DNA of 64,000 bases, from assembly GCA_040954595.2 (NCBI GenBank), contig CM082581.2, forward strand, positions 10,105,099 through 10,169,098, written 5' to 3'. A program made the position numbers and the translations under genes. Under the pieces are notes generated by a model that worked only from the letters and a program-made list of their open reading frames with translations, was not told where the DNA came from and made no database searches. The first letter of the stretch is position 1, and every line of letters begins with the position of its first letter. The DNA comes from Balanoglossus misakiensis (taxonomy: Eukaryota > Animalia > Hemichordata). Positions 44,701 through 60,316 of this stretch are shown in pieces.

Positions 44701-46703
44701 CTTCTAAAAATAGGGCCTATATGTTATTTAAACAAGACTGAAACTTAGCCTTCCACATAGTTCTCTATTAGGACACAAATCTTTCCTTTCAACACTGCAT
44801 GATAACGTTCCTTGCCTGAATTTATGAACTTCGAAAACTCTCTCAACGAGTAAACATCTACCCAATGCACAAAAAAGTTTTTATCCGAAACATATTGTAT
44901 TTTATCACAATTAATAACAGCTATTAGGGACTAAGAGCCCTGAATTCCATAAATCGGGACGCAAAGCGGGGTTGACTTGTTTGTTTATAATGTGCGCAAC
45001 CTAGCACTAAGCAACGCAACAAATCAGGACTTGCGTTGACATGTCCAAGAAATTAGTTTAACGGCTTTATAAGTAGGTCAGAGTGCTCTATGGTAGTGGT
45101 CATGCGTCGAGCGGGTGTCGCGTTTAAACGCTCGAACTGTAAGGTATTCCACTTGAAATGTCTGGTTTAATTATTGACCCTTTACTGATTAATTTGGACT
45201 TCTATAAACAGTAGGCTATTCTGTTTAACCAATACTAGGATAGCGCAAAAATTGCGATTACAATGGGACTATTGCCGCGATTGAGCCAATATGACATAAG
45301 CTGTCAGCCCGCCATCTTATACAATGCTGTTTTTCAGAAAGAACGCCTTCACGAATCTATCAAAAATACTACAACTATATAGTTTACTATCGTTGTATAG
45401 TATAGTAAATTAATGTACAGTAAAGTGCCAGGTCATATTGTAGTATAAATGTAATATAATATAGTGTATCATATATGTATAACATTATAATTATCGTATC
45501 ATATCAAATCATATCATACCATGTCATATCGTATCATATCAGTAATATAAATGTGGATATAAATAACTATAATCGTTCTTCGGAACCGTTTCGGTTTCAT
45601 TATCGAATTAAAGGAATCAGTAATTGTCTTAGTATGATAGGTCCGTCCCTAAAAAGATTGCGTACGTGTGGCAAAGGCACTCTTCCTGCATTGTCGCAAA
45701 CATGATGGAAAATAGATTCCAAATAATTCGAAAGTTCGTGCAGAAGATCACAGTTCCGTATCGTCGTTCCGCACAAAGTACGTCATTCCCGACGTGAGAC
45801 GAGAACTGATTATACTTAACTAGGGCGACAGTAAACATCTTGCATCCATGATACATTCGGTTGAGTGTATCAGATTACGACAATGCCATCGCTGATCCCA
45901 AAAGCGACTTCGTCGAACGCACTTCACTTCATTTAAAATTCCCACTTGCTTATTTCTTTGGCCTCTCTGTACTGCGTATTTTTTACCCGGTCACTTTTTC
46001 TACAAAACACGTCTGGATGTCACATTTCCATATAAGGAAGTCGGGTCGTTGTCCCGGTAATTTGGAAACATGCGCCAGTGATTTGAATGCAATATATGTC
46101 AAATGAACATGTGTGACGTCGGCGTTGTCAGCTCTAAGATATTAATGGATATCTGTAAACATCGGTGACTTTCGGCCGCTCTCGGAAACGAATTTTAATA
46201 CCAACAAGGTCAAACGTTCGACTTCCCCATTTCAGCTATTTCTGTACACGATCCTTCGACTGATGTGTCGTTTCCAGCGCTGCGGCCTCTCATGCAAAAT
46301 ACCGATGGGGACCATTTATTAGTTTTGGTCGGAGGATCGACGATAGATTTTTCTGTTTTCACCGCCCATTTAACAAGCGACTTGGCAAATACGGCTATTT
46401 TTATCCGAGCAAAATCGAAATTCGAATGCTGTAAACCCGAGGGATTATGCTGAATTAATGCAGGGGCCGGCTAACCAGAGTGACGTCGAACAGACGCATC
46501 AGCCGAGTCGTGATAAAAATCCCGAGATGACAATTCGTTCAAACAAGCGAGTAGACATTCGCTAGCACGAAAGAGGAGCGATATATCAGAACAAGAAAAA
46601 GCTGTAAGATGTGCACATCCACATGTAACCCCCTCGGATAAAGTGCGTAAAACTATAAGTGGTGAGGTTTAAAATATGCGTCTTTGCGTGTTTCTAAAAA
46701 TAG
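41776..46703. promoter_or_regulatory. Candidate distal (3') EGR regulatory motifs: CArG boxes and MEF2 sites
   Basis: Perfect CC(A/T)6GG at 41776-41785 (CCATATTAGG), 42775-42784 (CCATATATGG) and 46028-46037 (CCATATAAGG, running into GGAAGT); MEF2 CTAAAAATAG at 44704-44713 and 46694-46703. Confidence 0.45.
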
Positions 46704-49086
46704 CATCTTTCGTTGTAACGTCACAGCGCTCTAATCACAGGTATGTTTGCGTGGTTCGGTCAATCCCGACTTAAATATTATACCATTATATAGAGTGTGC
46801 CGCTAACCGATTTGGATATTTGTAGATTTCTCGTCATTACACGATGACCCTGCGACATTCAGGGACGTGTTTCGTATTTTTTCGGCTTTCCTGGGAATGC
46901 GACAGCAGAGTGTACAAAAAAATAAAATCATTTGCTAGGCTTCAGAAAAAGATTTATCACTGTCCATCAGTGACACCTACGCTTTCACAATAATCGGAAT
47001 ACACGTCTTGTTCTAATTTAGACACGTTCAAGAATGAGAAAACAATAGTTCACATTATATATAGTAGTTATGAATACATGTATACCATAAAATTAAACTG
47101 TGTGTCGGGGTCAGTATGAAATATTAGAGCGTCAAGGTGGCTCAGAAATAGCAGATGATAAAATGCGTGTAGTTATTACAAAAAACATAGAAAAGGATTT
47201 ATCAATTGCCATCTAAATAAAATCTGGGTCATGTTGCGGTCAATAAAGACTCACGTCGTACTAATTAATGTAATACCTTGCTCTCTGATTTTCATCATGA
47301 GCGAATATTTTTTGTTTAAATTCAACACAGACAACCGCAACAATCACGACATGAACAATATTAACTACACAAAGATGGTTCATTTCATTTCAATGTGGGT
47401 CTTTTATTAATGGTATTCTCCCCAAGGAGGAATGGTATCACGAGTTTACATATTATAGTAATTCCGTTTTTCGTATATACAGTTGACAAAACAAAGGCAT
47501 AGAGGAAAGAAGCCAACATTTACAATATGGTCATTAACATATAAAAATTAGGACAACGATTTACTCTTGATAAAGAACGTACAAATTGACACAAATATGT
47601 AGAAAGAGTAGAAATAACTGTGATACTTCGTAACACTTCTCAAAACGACAACACACATACAAATAAAAAACATAATCATATTCTGACAAAAATCTGAACT
47701 TCACAATCACATGAGAAATAAAGAAGTGACTAACATAATCTCTAAGCAATATTGACCATAGCCTTTGTTCGTATTCGCAAATACCTCGTAAATATCGCCG
47801 TGACGTCACCATCGGCCGATAAATCTAATTTGATCGAGGTGATGACGTAACACGCGTTTACTGACTCCGAAAATAAAACGGTTGAGTGTCTGGACTGCAT
47901 GCTGACGAAACTACACCTATCTGCAGATGATTCCGACTAAAATGTACACACGGCTGTCAACAACTACTGACAAATACGTTTGAACTGAAAGGACGATTCG
48001 AAAGAGCCAATGAAGGAATAGAAAAATAAAGCGCTATATATAGATATATATAAAAATTCATTTCCTATCAGTCTGTATAGCTTGATTGGGATTTGCGTAC
48101 ATTTACGTAGATGCCCTCCACAAACACATCACACCTACGTCATCAGCGTTTTAACATACGGGCACAACACGATGACATCACGATATTAAAAATATGCGGC
48201 TGCTATGACAATATACGGCATTAGAATATTAAATTAGATGCACGCCCGGGTCATCCCGAAGAACACGCTCAGCTCGGCGGCAGTGTTTCGCTGTATAGGC
48301 GGACTCAGTATATACAGACGGTGCATATACACGCTCTGCCGTACAGAAACTGCCGAACGAACGCCGAGCGCCGTTCAGTCGTCTGACCAGGAAAATTCAT
48401 CGTTTAAAACGTTCTTCTCCGAGTAAAAGAAAATAGTGAAAAGATACATCGAACAGAGTTTACATCTAAAACGGCCAAAATACGTCGATAATTTCCAGCG
48501 ACTTTTAAAAGACGGGTTACAACCGCCGAACAGTTAAAAACAAACAAAAATGAACAGTAAAACTGAACACGAATGCACGATACAAACATCGAGCATATAT
48601 ATTGACAAAAAGTTCTAAATTTCAAAAGGTATGTTTTTCAAATCTGAACACCAGGTTCAACATATACAATATAATTTTTAAAAAATATTAATTTAGTAGA
48701 CACATGATTGGGTAAATTGGTTTAAAGACAACGGCATGGCGCTTGAACTAGCATTTCTAAACTAGATCCAAAACGACCGATAAACTATTTTTATCGTCTG
48801 AAAAACAACGGGTTGAAGAACAACGATATTGAGCCCTACATTTGACAGAGTACAACCCTTCAAGCATTTCCTGGCAGTTTAAAATGAACTTTTTTCACAT
48901 TTGAGCGTAACGTTTCAAATAAAAAAAAATTCTGCTATAACATGGTGTCCTGATGGAAAAACAAAGTACTTTTCTTGAAACATCACAAAGCGGAAAGTAG
49001 TAGGCTATATCGAGTTCAAAATGTCCTACTTAAAAAACAAACTACATATATATGTCCATAGAAATATATATTACTGTAATCTGTAT

Positions 49087-51469
<2,383 letters not shown>

Positions 51470-51599
51470 ACGTTAATACAAACTCAAATGTGGTGAGGAG
51501 GATGCCAACGGCTCGTCGAATTCTGATCACAAGGTCCGTTCATAAAATTTACTACGATGCGAGAAAGAACTTGCCGGTTTTCCGAAGTAGTGCTGTCGT

Positions 51600-52270
51600 A
51601 GTGTAGCCGATGAATGAATGAACTTCGTAGGCGTAGTCTTGTTTTATCACATTCATTCACTAAACCAAATGACTATATAAGGAAACCTATGTATGACGCT
51701 GACCAATCAGAGCGGACTAATGTGTCAATAGAGCTCCTTTTATTGCCATGCGATAAGTGACGTCAAATGACGTTTTCATAAATAAAAGATTATAATTGTT
51801 TCGATGACATGGCTGAAGAAAACGATATTGAAGCATATTTACGGCGTATTTCACGTACATGCATAAGTAGACTAAGCTTCAAAATAACACGGCCTTGCAA
51901 AAACAGCAATTATTGCACGCTGTTTGTGAAATGGCGCAGTTTTTGTCTGCAGCCGTTCTGGGTTCCGCATTCAAATAGCGGAACGCTTTGTTTACCTATT
52001 CTCTTGATAATGAGATAAGAGAACATGAATATTTAATTTAATTGTGTTCGGGAAATGCCGGAGTTGACCATATATGGTAAGAACGAGGGCGAGCATGTTT
52101 CCGAACATTGATTACGAGTTTACTCATTTACATTACAAAGGTAACGTCATCACGGGCTGGAATGTCTCTACTATTGGGTTGGCCCGCTGTCTATAGATGG
52201 CTATACGATCGGGGCTGATTATAGTTCGGGTAGCGTTCGGAAATTTTCCGGATTCTTCCTTATTTGGCAT
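51600..52270 (-). promoter_or_regulatory. EGR immediate-early-type promoter (SRE/ETS, CRE, CCAAT)
   Basis: Perfect CArG CCATATATGG (52068-52077) and CCTTATTTGG (52258-52267), each beside ETS-like GGAA/CCGGA cores; near-CArG at 51673-51682 and 51736-51745; CRE TGACGTCA (51758-51765) and TAACGTCA (52142-52149); CCAAT at ~51703; Inr-like TCATTC at ~51612-51621 on the minus strand with GATAAAA ~30 bp upstream. Confidence 0.8.
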
Positions 52271-53917
52271 GTGCAGGGAAAGAATAAGAATTCACACCAG
52301 CAGCGCTGAGAGCTTGAAATACTAAGTATTAAGCTGTGCCTATTTTTTTTTACAAAGCCAGGTTTTTCCAACAAAGACTTCTTCGGATTTTTTTTTATTT
52401 GGCAAAAAATATTTTGTATCTGAGTAACGGAATTAGTTATTTTTAGGTATGTTTTTCACGAATCACAAACTGCATCGCATTCAACCGAACTTGGTGGACT
52501 CGGTCTTGCTTCGGGCTGCAAGCTACGCGGTTTATTCAAGGGGCCCTCCCCCTTCTTCGTCTCTGTCACGTATCCTTAAATAAATCTAAATATTTGACGC
52601 GGCGAACTGCCTCACAGGTCATGTCTGCGAGATGAAATACGGCTGCTGGATAAAGGGTAAGAATATTTTGCAGGTTTCATAAAAATATTTCTTTCCATTT
52701 TCTTCAATACACAATTCATCCGTCCTAATTAAATGTTAGACTTGATTTTGCATTTCTCGCATCAAATACCGTGACATCAAGTGTTAATATGTTTCTATCC
52801 GTATTGATTCTATTATGATCATTTCTTAGGATATTGAAGATTACTCAAGTTAGTGTCGGCTGCTCACCATCAAAAACAATTCATTTTTAATACAATCTCA
52901 AATTCTTTACCCAGAATTTACCGGGAGTCGTTGTTCTTCGATAGTCTGGTATTGCGGCTATATTTCTTAAACAGTTTGCTTTATTCTCTGTTTGTGTAGA
53001 GTATTCAAATTTTGCTGTAATAAATTTAAGTTTTTTGGGGTCATCGCGTATACAGGTCATTTGGCAGCAATCTCTTCAATTATTTTCAATAATAAATCGT
53101 TGATACGAGCAAAATAGTTTGTTTTTTAAAAAAATACCACCGTTCTGAATTGTGTATTTTTTTTCTTTTCGGAAATCTTTCAGGCACGGTGGCTAATATT
53201 ACGAGTCATGTGTAAACATCTATGAATGAAATAGAATGAGACGAACGTAGTGACGGCAAATGCGTAGGCCGGGTTTGTGTAGTATTGCACGAAAACAACG
53301 TCGGGTATTTATAGAACAGTTCCCGCCAATGATCTGTTGCTTACTAGTACGAGGCTAAATGTCGTAGGATGCCGCCTTTGTTGCCTCTAGAAGTTACCGT
53401 TATTCCAAAACAAAAGATGTTTTCGTCGAAAATCACGAATTAGACATTTCCCCCAAAGACACAGTAATTTTAGATTTTTTCGGTGATCCTGATGGGCGCT
53501 CGTGTATTAATTTTGCCGATTCCTAAAGTACGAATGACATTTAATTTGTTGTTTGACCAACTTTCAATATTATGGATGGCTTGTATTGGTTTGTTTCCTT
53601 CGTTGGGACTTCCGACATTTTCTACACATAAAAGAAAAATCAAAATCCTCAATATCCTGTTATACACAAGAAAAAACATCTCAATGAAAATTTCCGGACT
53701 GGCACTGTACTTTCGTGCGTTTTTTTTCGGGGCGATTTCTAATTTTAAAAGTCAGCATATTTTCGCAGAAAGTGTAATCGTGAGCTGAGAATATTTTTCA
53801 CCTACATATAGGCTTTTCCATTGCTGGCTCACAATTGTCACTGTTTGCCGTGGCTCTCCCACCGCCCGTGTGATCTTCATCTTCCTTTGTCTCTGATTTA
53901 CTCCCTCTCCGTAAACC

Positions 53918-53997
53918 CTCTCTCTCCAAGTCTCTCTCTCTCTCCCTCCCTCCTCTCTCTCTCTCTTTCCCTCTCTCTTTCTCTCTCTCTCTCCCCC
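53918..53997. repeat. Degenerate (CT)n tract
   Basis: Pyrimidine-rich CT repeats read directly. Confidence 0.85.
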
Positions 53998-56457
53998 CGA
54001 CTTTCTCTAAATTTGGCTAAATGAAGAATTCTGACCTTAGACTCTTACTAACAACCAATATCATTGATTCCACCACTATTTCTGTGTGATATCATGTTCT
54101 CAATGACGAAATAGAAAATCATAATACGGAATGAAAAAATATGAATAATATATAGTTTTATGAGAAAACCAGGGGATCTGAAAATGAGTTGAGATTTGTT
54201 CAAAACGGAAGTCTTTATTTCATAATCGGCAGCTTTTTAGTGACAGGTGCGGGAATGATAATCAGACTCGGAAACACAATCGTTGCTTTAACATACGTAG
54301 CAGGCATTGTTAATTCCAACAATACAGCCGGGTGCGCGCGGTTTTCTGGCGATTGTACCCGAACAATAGCCTGGGTCACCGCAGGCCTTGGTTACACTCC
54401 TATTGAAAGCACCGAACCCAACGGAAGTGATTCATCTAAAAGGGTAATCCCCGCTTCTGTATGCGTCGCGGGCATCGAAAACTTTGTCTTTGAACCTCAT
54501 TCACACGACTGTCCGAAAATTATTCATGGAATTTGCATTTCCTGTGAATATGACTGAAAGTTTCCAATCCTATAACAAATCAGTTATAGTGGTAAAAGCT
54601 CCCTCTTTACTTTTTGTTCGGCTTTTGCTGTTCTCATTCAGCTGCTGGCGCCGCTCTATTGTGCTGTCTTGACTTTTTTTTAAGTATAAAAGTAAAGTTT
54701 GAGATTTGTGTGGTAATAGTCCTTCGACTTCAGCTCAACCTCTACGTTAAAAACCGATATCGGTTGCATTCCCGGAATCCAGTTTCAATCTCGGGCGTGA
54801 CCGGCCCTAAGGTCAACCACTACTGTTATAGTAAAATGATATGGGCGTTAACATGCTCCGGACAGTATAATGACTGACCCGCTGATCACGTGATCGCCAA
54901 ACCGAGATTCTTAATGGAGTTCGCGCCATCTTGGTCATGTCGGAACATGAACACCGCCAATGTGTGCGGTTACCCATAACAAATGAGTTTACAAATGTTT
55001 CCTAAAGTGGCTAGGATGTACGTTGCTTCAGTTCAGCCACGCGCGCGCTCAACTCGAGAGTTGTGTTATATCACCTCGGCATTGTTCTTCTGGTAATAAA
55101 ACGTCTTGGATCAATTATCCCACATTTTACTTTATGTCGACTTTGCACGTCCTAAACGTGGCCTTTCTAGCTTTTGATTTATATAAAGCGATGTCCCATC
55201 TGAAGTCAAGGTACAGAATTTCTTCAACTGTCGTTAACATTCCTTACATATTCGTATTTCTGTTTTAATAACTTGAAGGATTCAGTGGAAACATTTCAGA
55301 CACTCGTCTCAACACAGCCGACGGTACGTACTCTCAGCGCATACCATGATTGTCAAAGACATTATCACCATACGTTATTTATAACACCCTCGATGACACT
55401 TGGTCAGAAAATTCTCTGGCATCTTAACAGACCCGTTGGTTCACCCGCCCTAAATTATAATTGTTTCTTAAAAGTGGGTCGCTCTTTTGGGGTCAACGCT
55501 CGGTTATCCGGCGTTTCCAGGGAAGTTCTGTGACCTCACGTGAACAAACACTCCGATGGTTTGCTCGACCGCGGTCAGTGAATGATAAACGCGGTATCGA
55601 GACATACAGTCCACGCCCACCTGTTAAGTTACCAACTTTGGTTTCATCCTTCAATCATCGCGTCGCGCTCGTGCACCTGGACGTATACATATTAATCCGA
55701 TATCGGTTGTATTTTGGTTTGATATACATGTTTTCGGAGAAGAAATGTATTCAGTTTTTAAAAAATACAGAGCGACCTGTGTGTTCTCGCAAGGTTCCGT
55801 ACTTTGGCACTAGGCCCATGGCGACGCGACTTGTTGAAATAGGCTTACCTATAAATGATAACTCTTCGTACGCACGCTCCGACCCGACCTCAAATTAAAA
55901 CGAACGGGGGCTATGAACGTGGATTATTTCCGTGGGTGACTTTAAAAACACTATTTTGTTTGATTTGATCGCGAATATATACAACTGGCATTGAAATTTG
56001 AATGACGAAAGTTCCCCCATCCACTGACTATAAACGTATAGGCCTACTGTGGAACTATCATGTCACGTGCAATTGCAGCTATATGACGCCGGCGAATTGG
56101 CACTGGTTATTTGAGCAACTGAGTCACACACGTTAAAATCACAAAATGTATAAGTTCCGTTACTCTCTTCTTCGCTCTGATTGTCTATACCCGAAAACGT
56201 GCAGGTAAACACTCAACCGGAGTGCACCTCTTTTAATAAGTCTCGAGGCGTTCAGCAGAGCTATGACGCTGTCACTACATGTATATACGTGAGCACTGGA
56301 AGACGAGAGAAAATTATCTATTTCCCCTTTCAAGAAATCGCGGGATGACGAAGTCTTATTCCAGTAAACAGTTTGATTTTATGTTAATTTCACTTCTACG
56401 TTACATTCTTCACGTATCAGTCTTCAGAAAACGTAAATGTCGCAAATAATCCGCTAC

Positions 56458-56483
56458 AGAGAGAGAGAGAGAGAGAGAGAGAG
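56458..56483. repeat. (GA)n microsatellite
   Basis: About 13 perfect GA units. Confidence 0.9.
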
Positions 56484-58170
56484 ATCATAGCCGAGCAAAA
56501 AGTAATTCGGGAGTTTCTTTAGTAAAAGTGGGTACGACTACTCCATGCCAGGGTGGGCACGTCCTACCCGGCAAACAATTCAACCGCGAATCCCCCGGGG
56601 GAAATTTGATATGTGATCAGAATTGACGAGTCAGTGAAGCAAAAAGGGAAGTCACGGTCAGGGATGATGACTACAGGGGAACAATTAAGGAGAACAGTTT
56701 GACTTTAAGGGCTGGACGAACGAGAATCTCATTTTTTCTCCAACTTTTTGGAGATTAAAAAAGTCTAACGAAAATGGTTAGGGTAGTTGGAGTATGGGCA
56801 AGCCAATGACACCCGCTCCAAAAGTTAAATGATTCTCCATGATTTACAAGCAAAAAAAGTTCAGGAGATAGAAATGCACATTAATAATACACGTACTGCA
56901 CAGAAAATACAAATGTGTACAAATGTATATAAATCTATTGTAGGCAAGTTACACGAATAAACACACGTATACAGATGAATTTGTTTCAGCTATACGAATC
57001 CTGTACATCACTTGGAACCCGTGTGATATCAACACAGACACGTGATTATAATTTCAAAAATAGAACAAAGGTACAGTTCGTTGATTGTCACCGATAGCTC
57101 TATCGTGATTGGTGTGTTTCTTGTCTCTTTCACAAAGGGTCAACAGCTGACGAGAGTTTGATCTTGGTGGTAATGACATCAAGTGGTGCTCTGTGAGGAA
57201 ATGGATCTACGTAGTCTGCAATGAGTGAGTGTACTTAAAGTCACGTGTTGATGCCTGCGTGCAGACAAAATATGACCACTCACTTTCGCCTTGGTTGATA
57301 ACACCAAGGATGGAGTGGCTTGTTGGACTCCAAGGACATCATTGATACACTGATTGGGCACTGACAGATAAAAAATATATACTAGTAGATCTATATATAT
57401 ATGTGGTGTACGTGGAGTGAAGCAAAGCACTTGACATTGAAATAATACAAGGATGCGTTTTTAATGCTTGGTGCTAAATAAAGATTGACACGTAAACCCC
57501 TCGAAATCACGATTTCGTGACGCCGTTGTCAATGTCATTGAGTGAACGATGGTGGCGCTGTGTATGAATGTACTATCTTCACGTAAGTTGGGATTGTATA
57601 TGAGTACCTAAGGTTTCCTAAAAACTCAGATTCTGAAAAGTTGTACGATTGAAAACCTTTTGGTTTCGTTTTAGCCAAACATCCTTGCACGGACACAACA
57701 TTAACCCTTGCTCGTAAAAAACTACCCACCTCCTGATAAGTCCGACCAGACCCTAAACACTGACTTGGAGTCATGATATTATCTCCGATGTTTTGCGAAA
57801 AACACATTGAAATAGTAAATAAGAGTGTAACGCTTTGACACGGGTGTGACGTAATGGCGTGCGCACGTAAGGTGTGCACACGCAAATCATATCACAAAGG
57901 AGCGTCTTTTGTGTTGTTATGGAAATGGCGAAGGTTGCTGTACTGATCAACTAGCCACCTGTGACGTCAGTGGCTAGCATAGATAGATTCAAACGTCACG
58001 CGCGGCTATCAGAGTAAATTATTGGTTCTATATTCATTTATATAAGATGTGTAAACATGATGTATATAAGATGTTTTCCTTTGACTATTATTTTAGTGTT
58101 CATACACGTGAATTTTTCTGTTGATTATACCACGGTCGGTGTCGCGGTGTGAGACCGCACTCATTTCTTC

Positions 58171-58171
<1 letters not shown>

Positions 58172-58211
<40 letters not shown>

Positions 58212-58223
58212 ACAACAACAACA
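58172..58223. repeat. (ATC)n(AAC)n compound trinucleotide microsatellite downstream of the PEBP stop
   Basis: ATC x13 followed by AAC x4; a (TAAA)n tract follows at ~58324-58355. Confidence 0.9.
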
Positions 58224-58530
58224 TGATTTATATGATTTATTACTCTATTCCCTGTGGTTTCTATCAATAACTCTGACTTGTTCTTTCCCCAATCAGTTTA
58301 AGTCAGTCACAAGAATAGAGATCTAAATAAATAAATGAATAAATAAATAAATAAATTTCCAATCCCTTAAACAAAGCCTAGGTAACATATGTTTTACACA
58401 AACGTCTACCCATGTCAACTGAATTCCATGCAGTGACACTGACAGAGAAAACACATACAAAGCAAAGACAACAGGGTTACTGTAAAACCGATTCATGCTA
58501 AGTGGAATCTCTGACCGATGTTGATTCTAT

Positions 58531-59853
58531 CTATGCTGAAACCTCGAAACAGAAAGTGCCAACTGGACTGCCAAGGTCATTGTTGGTCTCAAAGGCTTTT
58601 AGATCAAATCCTCCACGCCCATTCTCATGTCCACTGTAAGATGGTGTATCAAGTCCTGTCTGATCGTAGATGCGAAATTCATATCTGTGGATGCCAAATG
58701 GTGGACTTGGAGGATAGTATGAATAGCCTGTGATATGGAAAGGGAAAATTAAATCATGTCTGAATACATGTACCTTTATGAATTTTAACATGTGTAGGTT
58801 GTAATGTCATAGAATGATGGATTTAATTAACAGTTTATGTCTTTTCTTCTGCTGTGTCCAAAATGAAAATGAAATGAAGGATTACATCTTACCAGGGAGG
58901 TCTGTCCCATCTATGTTTCCATTAAGGAGGCTTAACCCCTGCAAGATACCATTGACAGAATTCCAAAAATCATTCACATGCATATGCCAGTTTACACACT
59001 GCATTTGAAGCTGAACACCTAGTGGGTCTGTCTCAAGCAAAGTACAACTCTTCCTTGACAGCTCATCAAAACTTCATGTAAGTCTGGGCCACAAAGGTCT
59101 TAGATTATAGAAGACCACACCTATGGAATCACTGCATTAATTTCCGATCTGGACATTTCAGTTTGCTTTTATAATAAAGACAATGTCAACAAACTCTGGT
59201 ATAAGGTAACTATATGTCAGTGTACACTTACAGAGATGTCCACCCTCAGCCAGTGAAGAAATGCCGGTCTTGGGGCATCTGGATCAGACATTACTAAGGT
59301 GTATGTTTTGCCCTTGAAAATAAAAAAGTCACATAGAACAGTACTTGCGCCAGTTCCAACACCAGTTAAGTAGACCACACTACTCAGGTGTAATCATATT
59401 ACATGACTTTTGGGGATATATTGGCACATAATTAAAACTGTTCAGTGGCCAATTCAACGATTACATTGTATTCTTATCAGTGGCTCCATGACTCCAAATG
59501 TATGAAGTACACTGTACAATTTCTCCTGTACGTGTTTCTATATACAACCTTGACTACGAGTCACTCTCCTGTTGAAGTGTCTCCGGTTGGTTTTGTTGAT
59601 TTTTTAATCATACCATTAACCCACCTTGTGTGTGTGCGTGCGTGTGTGTGTGAAGTCAAACAAGTCGCACCTGTAAAGCAGAAAGCATTTCCACGCCAGG
59701 TTGACTGGTTGCTCCTGTTATCAGTTCACCACATGTTACCCAATCGTTGTCGACTTTCACATTTACGCCCCCCTGGTGGTTGCAAATGTCACACGCCGCT
59801 GCACACAGAAACACCTCGAAAGCCAGCAAAACTACCACCAGTTGATGGAACAT
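58531..59853 (-). CDS. Secreted phosphatidylethanolamine-binding protein (PEBP4-like, ~168 aa)
   Basis: Exons (minus): 59853-59671, 59312-59232, 58938-58893, 58727-58531 (507 nt). Signal-peptide-like MFHQLVVVLLAFEVFLCAAA; PEBP motifs YTLVMSDPDAP, FLHWL, YYPPSPPFGIHRYEFRIYDQ, RGGFDLKAF, LGSPVG. Confidence 0.9.
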
Positions 59854-60316
59854 AGTTACGGCCTTGTAAAATGGGTCTACAGATGTCTCACAAAGGTTGC
59901 TCTAGACTAGAATCTGGATCAAGGCGTTCGAAACGGTACAAATCAAAATTTCGCTTCCATATTACGCACGAGCAACAGGTGATTTAAAGACCGCGCCCCC
60001 TATGAATTTTGACCTCGTTTGCAGTACTTTTTTCTTTATCTTCAGAATGTTATGCATTTAGCATAGTACGTCACAATATATAACTAGTTAAATATATGCC
60101 ATGAGAAAAAGGCCGCAAATGTATGTAGTTCACTGCACCGAATCACGAAATATTGATTTTATCCAGTCTCAAGTTTTACTTAGAAAAGAACGAGGACTGG
60201 GAAATCAACTGTGACCTCATTCGATAAGCCACGTCGCAGATCTGTGGCCTTGTACCAGGTCTCTTCGTATTATCATCTTGATTGAAAGGGCCTTGCTTAC
60301 CATAAGCAAACAAGAG
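59854..60316. promoter_or_regulatory. Bidirectional promoter PEBP/NRBF2
   Basis: 463 bp between divergent ATGs; GC-box/CTCF-like CCGCGCCCCCTAT at ~59991-60003. Confidence 0.65.

Noticed and set aside
45480-45545. (TATCA)n-like repeat and other short tandem arrays as a possible CRISPR-like array
   Set aside because: Simple degenerate microsatellites without unique spacers; eukaryotic context and no cas genes.
54189-54557. 122-aa hydrophobic ORF upstream of EGR
   Set aside because: Non-ATG start, no splice partners or recognisable domain; probably chance in CpG-rich intergenic DNA.
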